NCBI GenBank assembly: GCA_028023455.1
Contig: JAQFVV010000003.1
Coordinates: forward strand, 16,988,001-17,052,000
Length of the DNA stretch: 64,000 nt
Source of the DNA: Epiperipatus broadwayi
Lineage: Eukaryota > Animalia > Onychophora
Reading direction: 5' to 3'
How positions within the stretch are numbered: position 1 is the first letter of the stretch; each line of letters opens with the position of its first letter. A model generated the notes under the pieces. The model was not told the DNA's origin, did not search any database, and saw only the letters and a list, made by a program, of their open reading frames with translations. A program made the translations under genes and the position numbers. Below, one piece after another: positions 53,971-64,000 of this stretch.

Positions 53971-56900
53971 AATAAATAATATTTCCTTTTGTAAAATATA
54001 ATTTGTAACTTTATGAAATAATTATTAACAAAGAGAAAATACATTTTATTAGAATAATATATATTAATAAATAGTTTGTTGAGGAGCTATAAGAACCTTT
54101 TTAAATAGGAGCATGAAAATGATTTTTTTGTAAATAATATATGTGATAAAATAAAGCTCAGGTTTCAGGAGTTTTCATTTTAAACGTAATATTGGATATT
54201 TACAATTAGTGAAAACAATTAAAAATTGTCTCCTGTGAGAGGGAGACTTAGGTATTGAGATATTTACAATTACTGAATAGTGTTTACTTTTTTATGTACA
54301 GTATATAAAAGTTGAAATAATAAATATTTATTATTTAAATTATAAATAAATTATTATTCTTTGTTAAAATACACACCAATATCAATGCATTAGTTATTAC
54401 ATATAAAATTATAATGAGGTATTATCAAATAGATATATAGTATATATTTATAAAAAAATTATATATATATTTTATGTTCCTGAAAATATATAGAGTAAAA
54501 AAAAAAATAAAAAATATTGATTTTTAACAAATATGTTAAAAAAAAATTCCCAAGTTCTGATAACTATGCATGCCCATTAGTATCTATATATAAACTTTCA
54601 GCAGCAAAAATATAGATAGTAAGTAATATTTAAAAAAACATCAATTGATCACTTTTTATTTTATTTCCAAATGTGTATTTAATAAAATTATGTATTTTTA
54701 AATATATTTTAAAGCTATAAATATACATAGACAGTTTAAAACCTTGTAATATCTTTTTTCTCTATTTTCTGAAGAGTTTTCATATGAAAAACGCAATTAA
54801 AGGTTATTTTAACTATTCATATTAAGATTATGTGTGTGTGTGTGTGTATGACCATTACTCATTATTTAATAAATAATATTTAAAAAATTCTGTAATAAGT
54901 ATTTATTAGTGAAAGTCTTTCCTTAAAAATACTAATGATATTCTTTTATATTTCATAGTTAGTTTCTGTCATCCTGCCTTTCAAACTTCTTATATAAAAC
55001 CGCAAGTGATAAACCATTTGAACACACACACATATATATATGTATATTATTTAAAAACCAGTTACTAATAACAGTAACACTAGTTTTTAGATTTAGTTTT
55101 TCTCTAGTTAAGAACACTCCGGGCTGCGATTTGTAGTAGTAGCAGATTGGAAGACTTGAACTTAATTAAGGTTTATAGATCACACCCAGTTTTTTTATGA
55201 ACTTTGAAAAATAAACTTATTTCATATAGTTGATAAAAATATATTTAATAAATTGGAAGGAAAAAAATTAATCAATTGCATATTTTAAAATGTTTTTATG
55301 TGCAAATCTGCTTCCAAAAATTAAAACAAATTATTTCAATCATTTAGTATTATCTGTTAGTCATAAACAATTTTTATCATTTTTTTTACTTTTTAAATAA
55401 AAAATAATTTAATACCCATTTATTTGAGTGGTTACAGGCCAATACCTAAAAATCAAATCCCAGATAGTAAGCATGAGGAATGGAAGCGCTATTTTTACCG
55501 TTATATATTAACGCACGCACACATCTGTTTATGTAAGGATATACCATGAGCTCATTCAAATATTAAAAGAACCTATAAAAAAGTATTTAGAAAGAATAGT
55601 AAGTTTTTAAACATTTGATTCTTTTAATTATATTTGGAGATAACTTAAATATAAGCAACCTTAACAAATCCTGCAAATTAGTGTCAATTAATTTTGATCG
55701 ATGTTTAGATTTGACATATTCTAGAAAAGATTTGCTCACAAAAGTAAATTTAAAAAAAAAAAAAAAAATTAAAATATTGAAATATATATCTTCCGGCAAT
55801 AAAGTACTAAACATAATTACATCTTTTTATTAATAAGATGTTTTGTATAAATAATTTGATTAAAAATCGATTATTTCTACTTATAAGTTTATATCAATAT
55901 TATTGTTGTCAACTTCATAGTTTTGAAAAAGATTAAACGATTTTTCATTTTTGTAAAGCCATTGAATTGCTCAAGTATTACACTTTTCACTCAATAATAT
56001 TATTAAAATAATTCTTAATAAAACTAAATTTGGAAAACATTTCTGAATAAATAATGTTAACAATAAAAATAAATTGAGTCACTTATAAACTTTTATTTTT
56101 TAATGATAAATAGAATATTTATAAATATTAACATACTTATAAAAATGTACTTTAAATTACATACAACATATGACAAATCCATAATAATTTCCATCATTTA
56201 TCAATTCATATGCGAACCAGTACAACATATTAATAATTCAAAAACTTCATTTTGTTAGATGCTGCGCTCAGACTACTGATGGGCTTCATAGATGGTGAAT
56301 ATTAATATGACTTTCAAATATAAAATTTGTCTGTGAATAATAAATAAATAGTGCCCAATTTGGTAAAGACTAAATACTATTTTCAATACAAACATGCAAA
56401 CAGTCTTATCTGACTTACTCTACATTCTTCAATACTTAAATTAGTGTAAAGCTGTACTATTATGAGTCTCTCATGTCATTGTTACTATTCTATACCAACT
56501 AAGGCAATGGTATTGAATATATTTGCAATTACCTTTTCATCCTCTAAATACATGCACAGTATTTTTGACTCCAATTTCTTTTTCATTTTTTAAAGCTCTA
56601 ACTCTCAAGAATATAAAACAATAGTAAAAACAGGTTTAATAGGCTGGAAGGTCTTTGGTGCAATCTTTGTCCAAAGCATTATAATCATTAATGAGTCATT
56701 TTAAAATTGAAATTGAGGGGGTAACTGGATGAGTTATATATCTAGGCAGTCTTACTTATTGGTCCTCTGTCTATCGCAAAAGTGGAAGGGGTCAAGAAAA
56801 TGTAGTTTAAAAATGCTTTTCTATTACAATCTTATTTGATTGTCCTGCTTTGCAGATTACTCTTTACAATGATGAAAATAATATCAATACTAGGGATAGT

Positions 56901-57429
56901 ACTAAAGATGAATATCATAAACCTAATTCTTTTCTAAATATGGGTATTTAGAATATGCAAACTTTATATAAATTAAAGATCAAAACAAAGGGTAGCACTA
57001 GTCACTAAGGAGATATCAGTATTTAAGATTTATATAGCTAATCCTAGTGAAACTTATCATCCAGAGAAATATTAACAGAACATGTAGATGGCTATAAGTT
57101 TCTTCAAAAGACAAAGCAGTCAGTGAAAAGATAAAACATAGTGTTGGTTGTGCTGTGAAATCTAATTCAGTCTTTCATTTTTGGAATTTTCTTATTGTAT
57201 CAATCAAAGGCTAATGGTGTTCCAACATGGCTTGCAGAATAATATCTATGCTCATTTTATTAGAATCTATGCTACAACATTTATGTTTTTACTTTCAAAG
57301 GTAACCTTTATTAATAAAAGATTACAAAATTTTTTGGTACACTTACCCATACACAGTGTTCAATGTAACAAGGTAAAATGTACATATGTTCAAAAATAAT
57401 TACAACCATAAAAATTGCTGTAATGTGAT

Positions 57430-58500
57430 TAATGTGTATCTGTATGTAGATTCACATGGCTCAGCTGTCAAGAAGTTAACCATCACCCAATGATCCCACC
57501 CCTGGGGCTCCGAAGTGAAGACCCAAATGCTTCAGCTGAATAGGTGTTGAAGTCCAGCATTGCACCAACCACCACAACAGACAGAAAGGTCCAAGACCCA
57601 AGTTCACCAAGCAATAAACTCTCAATCACAGCTGAGCCATGTCAAGACCATTCTAGATATTTCTGCCTCCCAATTAGCAGTCCAAATGGGCAGAGACTAC
57701 AATTGGTCTACCTGCCCAATATTGAAAAGCCAACTTGGAAAAAAACTAAGAAGTAATAAGTAATGAGCCAGATTGACACTGCCCAAAACCAGCCTATCAG
57801 GGGGCACAGCAGCTGACCAGAGTAGGAATAGTACTGAGACTTTGACCATGTACCCTTCCAGCAGGTTTTCCAGGTAGCAGTAAAATTGTCAACAGCCTGC
57901 CCCACAAAACAGACACCTAATGTCTGGCCCCAGTCTCCCCTGAGGAAGAAAAGAGGAGTGCAGACTCATGCCCACAAAATATTACAACAAAGCTCTATCA
58001 ATGTTAAAAAAATTGGCAGTGGCCCAAGGCAGACCAACTGCCTTACAAATGCACTAAATTTAAAGCTAACAAATGAAACCTAATAATAGTGTGTGCATAT
58101 CAACACTGACCTATCAAATAATCCATCAAGGGATGCAGTAGCCTTTCACAGTGAAGTCTATGTGTAGATAGTGACTTTCACCCTCTTGCAGGTATTCCTG
58201 GGCTAGACAATGATCATCGACCACCTCAAATAAACCAAGTCCCTTATGACCACTATCACCAAACTTGAGGAATAGGAGCGCAAACTCATACTCACCAATA
58301 CAACATTTAATTCATGTAGTCTTGAAATCAACCCAGATTTATTTGTGCACCATGAGAGCAAATCATTTGTCCATATCTTGCATATTGAGATCAATAAAGT
58401 TAAACATCTGCCCTTAATCATTATCAAACTCCTGTGTTTGAAAATGTTCACAGTAGCTGTTCAATCCACCAACCAAAGTCCTTCAGGGTTCACAGTGATT
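57430..58500 (+). mobile_element. GC-richer unclassified TE remnant, possibly Penelope-like
   Basis: Abrupt GC rise; SQLAVQMGRDYNWSTCPIL weakly resembles the GIY-YIG tail (AxH...GH..NW....IL); 14-bp inverted pair acatggctcagctg/cagctgagccatgt. Confidence 0.3.
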
Positions 58501-59129
58501 TTTATTTGTTGATACTTATTTTAGGTCTTGATTAGTAATGAATAATTCAAGTATAATCTGAAAGTTTGTTGTTAAACTTTGGAAAATTCTCAATAATTAT
58601 TGCTTAAAAGAGTATGATTAATTTTCAGCTTCAATGTCTTTGTTTAGGTCTAAAACATCATTTGCACCCAATTTTTGTCTTTAGATCATCATTTTTTAGC
58701 ACAGGAATCACACATTGTAATTCTACGTTGATTTGAAAATTTTTTTTAAAAAATTTTTTTCCTGGCCCCAATCCACCAGAAGGAGGTAATAACTTCTGTT
58801 CTGATCATTGGAGAAATCTGATTTTTGTGCAGAAAGATAGCTTAGGTTATTTTCTATAATGTTCAATTGTAAAATTGAGATCGAATTAACATTTAAAACT
58901 TGTTTAACATTGCTAAAATCTGATGCAAAGATAAAATTCCTAAAACCATTATTGTTAACATATTATTATTCCACATTTTCTATGAGATTTAATATCCAAA
59001 TGAATTTCCTGTTTATTCTATCAACAAAATTGAGATTTCTAGTGTCTATTCTTTTTAGAATTATATGGTTTCCTTAAAATTATTTTTAAAAGGTTTATAA
59101 TATTTTAATGATTCCAATAATTACTTAAG

Positions 59130-59330
59130 CTAGCTTTTGTCTATTTCTAATGGCACCCATTTGCATAAAATGGAATGATAGATAATTTCAATTATCATTG
59201 AATGAAAACTGTTCCAAAACTTCTTCTAAAGATGAAAAAACAATAAAACAGATATTCACTTACATTTTGGTAAACTTTTCTTCTATGAATCCAACAATGG
59301 ACTATGACTTTGGTGAACAAAACATGGAGC
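59130..59330 (-). other. Candidate exons 59330-59264 and 59225-59130
   Basis: Strong acceptor ttttcactgtttcag and donor aat|gtaagt. The single open frame LHVLFTKVIVHCWIHRRKVYQN continues after a 38-nt intron as KKFWNSFHSMIIEIIYHSILCKWVPLEIDKS*. Confidence 0.35.
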
Positions 59331-59357
59331 CTGAAACAGTGAAAACTGGAGTTCTAG

Positions 59358-59371
59358 GCTCCCTCTAGTGG
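59358..59371 (-). promoter_or_regulatory. CTCF-like motif CCACTAGAGGGAGC
   Basis: Close match to the CCACYAGRGGGCGC core; motif match only. Confidence 0.35.
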
Positions 59372-61429
59372 ACTAAAACATTTATGTTTTACTCCTTGCT
59401 GTATTGCATTATTACAATGATACTGTTAAAAGATCACATTTTTTCTTTTTGGAATCCTTAATGCAGATTTTGGTACAAATGATATATGTAGTTTCAAAAG
59501 TTGTTGGAAATAATATTGGTGTACAAATTCAAGTGATTCACTATTATTAACTTTTTGTGCAATAAATGGATTAATTAACTAGGACATTTTATTTAAACAA
59601 AAATGTGCTACAATGAGACACAGATGTATTAACTCTCAAAACAATAACATTTAATAGATTACATTATAATTAGGTGTCTGAATACAAGAGATCATATTAT
59701 ACAAACATTTACAAGTGTCAGATTGTTGGACAGATTATAGATTAGTGTAACTCATAGTTGCATTAAATGTGATTTTAATCTTATCATATTTACAAAAAAA
59801 ATGATATTTGTTTTTTAAAAATGTTTACTATATGTACTAAATTTCAGCATCTTTGCTAATTTGAATCTTCAGGATTGTCACATTACTGAATAATGGAAGT
59901 TTATATAGTATTATGGATATGAATATATCTATTTTTAGGTTTACTGAAAAAAAAAGACCTAACTGATTTTTGGCAATAATTATATTATTTATGATTGAAT
60001 TAAAAGGAAATATGCAACATTTTCTGCTTGGCAAAATAAAAAATTAAATGTGGAACTTTGTAATAAATATAAAGATTTGAAGATAAGAATTCAATAACTG
60101 ATTTTAAAAAAGCATAAAAATAGAGAGATAATAATTTCAAACTTCCAAGAGGATATAGAAATTCACTAATCATGGTCACTCTACATCTTATTTTGATACA
60201 CTAAGAATAGGTCAAACAATATTTTGAACATCTTTGAATAACAATATGAGAATTGAAATGAAGACTTTTAATAATATATTCATTTCATTTTCTCATTTAG
60301 ATTTAGACAAAAATATCCCTAGCTTAATGATGTCAAAACAGTTCTTTGTAATCAGAATAAATGGAAAGACTGAAGTTCTTGATGAAATACTTGGAAAAGC
60401 TTTAAAAATATGATTGTAATATAATAATTATTAATAATGAAATCATTTGTAAATGAGAATTACTACCCCCCCTCCCAACAAAAAAAAAGTAAAAAAGGGA
60501 AAAAAAAGAGTGAAACTATTCTAGAAATGAGTTTTGTATGATTATACAAATTGATCTGTGAACAACAAAAACATTCAAATACAGAACATGTTTGCCCAAT
60601 TTTTTGTTTACTCATTTTAGAATGTTGTCCCTTAAGTTCTCCAATACATTTAATTGTTTGTCATTTCTTCATAATGGAAATCATTGGTATACCATTTTTT
60701 AAGAATGACTTTAATATAATCTTTATAATGTAGACAGGGTCTATTTCTCCCACGGAAATAACATGCTCATGTTCACCATAAATCACCCATTTAGGAAGTC
60801 TTCTATTATTCATTCATTTTACATGTCCAATTCAAAGAAGGTGTATGCATATAATAATGGACTCAGCAATATCATATTATATTTGAAAATATTTATGGAA
60901 TGTTTCTAAGTAAAACTTTTCTAATATCTTTATAATGTATCAATGAGGGTGTCTAAGTTTTGCACCCATTCAATAAATTATATAAAATAACAGCACTATA
61001 TAAGCTAATAATTGCAATAATTATTTCTCTAAAATAAAATAATTTATCTTTTGTTAAAAGCAGCATCAAAACATTGTATTCTGTATTCTACCTAAACATT
61101 CACATCTATTTTTCAATTTACACGAGGGAAAACACCAAAATAACCAGAATTGGTTTTTGGTAGGTCTATAATGTTGTTAGTATATGCTTCTGCAGCTGGG
61201 ACTCTTCTGTATAAATATACCAAATGGCATCACCATATGAAATCATAATTCCATAAAGGACATTTTTTTGTAAAGGGCATTTTGCATATTTGTAGATTTT
61301 TGCAATGGCTGAAAAGTTGGAATAACATAAAAATGGCAGGGGAAATAGTTATAATGTAGGCACAGCTTACAAGAAAATTACTCTGGGAAAAACCACAAGT
61401 TTATGAATAGTTTAATGGAAGTGTCAAAT

Positions 61430-61875
61430 TCACCATGCTCCAAAAAGTTTGGTTAGTAAAGTCCAATATCAGAATGCTGTGATTTTGTTTTGATGCTAAT
61501 GACATTATTCACTTAGAATACTTTTGGAACAATCATGCATGTAAAATCTATGAGATCTGAAACTTTTGTATGATGCAGTAAAACTTAAATGTCCCAATTT
61601 TTGTGTTTTATCATGGCAGCACACTATTGTACATTTCAATTAAATTCACCATGATTGTTATCCATATGCCATATTCACTCAGTATTGTTCTGTGTGATTT
61701 CTTTTTATTCTCTTAAATAATAACTCAATTTTTTGGTGGATATAGTAGAGATGAAGATAAAAAACAAGAGGCATTAAAAGGCATCACTTTACAAGTGCTT
61801 TCTGACTATTTTGAAAAGTGAAAAACACATTTAAACAAGTATATTGCATTAGACTATACTTTGAAAGGAATTCAA
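61430..61875 (+). pseudogene. Degenerate mariner transposase, C-terminal half
   Basis: HMPYSLSIVLCDFFLF (cf. HPPYSPDLAPCDFFLF) and FEK*K...YFE (cf. F..W..R..KCI...G.YFE). Confidence 0.7.
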
Positions 61876-62014
61876 TCTGCAACACCCAAAAATAAATACA
61901 CAATTTTTTAATTAAAAATTATAATTATTTTTTGACCATCCCTCCATAAATTGCTGTTATACATTTGGTCAAAGCTTTTGATTCAGATAATAGAATAATT
62001 ATTTATAACCTTTT

Positions 62015-62720
62015 TGGAATTAGTTGATTGTTCACCCAAATTTTTTTGTATTAAGTATGTATGATGGATTGAGAGGAACTGTTATTATTACAAATGGACA
62101 ATTGAAGGCATTTAAAATAAAAAGTGCTGTTAATCAGAGATGCATACTTGTTCCAATATTATTTTCGATTTTTATGACAGCATTCTTTCAAACTGTTTAC
62201 TGGTAGCTTAATAAAATAGGGATCACAATCTGATATAGGTTTGATAATGGATTTTTAAATTTGAATCAAAAGTGAAAATAAAAACTACATTTTATGGATT
62301 TAGAATAAGATCATTGTGCTATTTTTGCTATTTTAAAAATGATCCAAAGAATGTACTTAATATTATGAATGCAACATATAACAATTTGGTTTAATAATTA
62401 ATGTTCAAAAAACCCAAATTCTTTATCATCCAGTGATGGAAAAAAAATCCTCAGCAATTTTTAGTTTGGATGGTGTTCAACTTGAGAATAGAAATCAATT
62501 TAAATACCTTAATAGTTTTATAAGTAGAAAGTTAGATTAAAATCTTAAGATACAATATAAATTCAGTGACACTGCAAATTTTAATACATTAAAAGATTGA
62601 GTATTTGATCACAAGAAAATAAGTAAAATAAGTATGTTACCTGATTTATTATAAGAAAATGTGACTTGGTCACTCTATCAATGTACTATAAAATTTTTAG
62701 AAAATTTTTATTTAAAGATA
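62015..62720 (+). pseudogene. RTE (BovB-like) RT fragment
   Basis: MYDGLRGTV...AVNQRCILVPILFSIF...GITI*YRFDNGFLNL and INVQKTQILYHP match RTE-1 RT motifs. Confidence 0.75.
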
Positions 62721-64000
62721 CCATTTCAAATTTGAAAAATATAATGACTAGATCACAAAAGTATGAATATATTTATCACCATGTTGAATGTGATACAATA
62801 TACTCCACTGTTATTAAATAAAACCTTTGTTAGATGTGATGTTTACAACAGATAAACAGTACAAGACTTTCTAAATGAGGTATTTAATAGTAAAAATGAT
62901 TATGGTTGTTTTGGAATAGTTTGCCTCATTTATATTATAAAGATTATCTCAAAGATATTCTAAAGAGGTGAAATGTTTCTTTGCTTTCATTGGGAAGATA
63001 CAAAAAATAAAACCCATTTACATAGCTACAACTAGATATGATGTTGAAGTATTTAAAAAAGTAAAATTTCCTACTAAAAAATTGAAATGCACCATCCAAA
63101 ATATCAAATAGGTTAAAAAGAGAACCAGTATGTTCTATATATGGACATATTTGAATTTAACCAATTGATTTTAGTCATTGCAAACCTCATCTCCAGAGTC
63201 ATTTTTTCTCTTGAAGTTGAAATGGCCAAACTTGTTTAAGAATGGCTCCTATATGAATTTATACTTATGTTCTCTAAAAATGTTAAAATCTACTTTGTTT
63301 TTGAAACATGTTTATTTTAAATATAAATTTTTTATTATATTCTGGTATATTAAAATCTTTAATAAAAAAGCTGACCCACTCTGTTTTGAAAGTAAAAATA
63401 TTGCAGATTGCCAAATTTTGTTCAAGATATTTCCGAGTAAACGTTTTTCAGTTACAAAATATAGTTTTACAAGGATAAGTTTTGTTTTGAAAATTCAATG
63501 CATTTAATTTGTAGGAAAGAGATCTGAAGTTAGACAAATATTTTTTGTAGGAAAATCTGCCTTCCAGCACATAGTTTTATCTCATAAAACACTCTACAAT
63601 TCTGGCAAAAAAATTAAAATAACCATAATGGTTTTACTAACAGCATTGCTATTTGAAATTTACATATAAGCCTGAAATGGAATTTACATTTCCTATGTAA
63701 ATATTAAATATTAATGATGGTATATGTAACTGACCTGTTGATATTTAGAAACTTTCCAAGTTTATATCTCTTGATAATAACTTTCAAAATTTTAGAGACA
63801 AGAATTGATCTATCTTCAGTACGATCATTTTAATAGCCTTTTTCAAAAAATGAAGTCTAAAACTATATATGTAGGTATCTTCAAAGATTCTTTTAAAAAA
63901 TAAAATGAAAATCTTTAGCTTTATGATAAAATTTCTATGTTAGAAACCTACAAAGGCTAAAATGTTAGTTCTTAATAGCTTTTCTGAAACACCATTGAAT

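Noticed and set aside
222-63507. Remaining 60-120 aa ORFs in the supplied track
   Set aside because: They have the low-complexity F/I/L/K/N composition expected by chance in AT-rich DNA, or are antisense or fragment readings of decayed TEs.

Overview
This is very AT-rich, CpG-depleted eukaryotic DNA, probably from an invertebrate (inference), and it is dominated by nested, decayed mobile elements. No complete protein-coding gene can be supported; only a few orphan exon candidates are visible. Recognisable elements: a gag-only Ty3/gypsy-like LTR element with ~1.9 kb LTRs (13.6-21.0 kb); a hAT DNA transposon with an intact 8-bp TSD (24.9-27.5 kb); two tandem Penelope-like (RT + GIY-YIG) plus LINE-RT composites (35.6-46.8 kb); RTE and mariner fragments; two tRNA-Gly-derived sequences; an old ~325-bp satellite; and a 31-bp minisatellite. 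The most unusual signal is a recurring class of insertions (16.6, 36.2, 43.0, 44.2 and 53.6 kb, plus foldbacks at 1.1, 1.7 and 32.8 kb). Each has two oppositely oriented arms copied from the same short unit. Four of them are circularly permuted concatemers of 290-370 bp units, and five are flanked by 13-20 bp target duplications. Two of the families carry minimal type-I hammerhead ribozymes, and wherever polarity can be read it is antisense arm first, sense arm second. This fits reverse transcription of a small circular or multimeric ribozyme RNA primed from both ends of a target break, probably by Penelope-like RT (inference).
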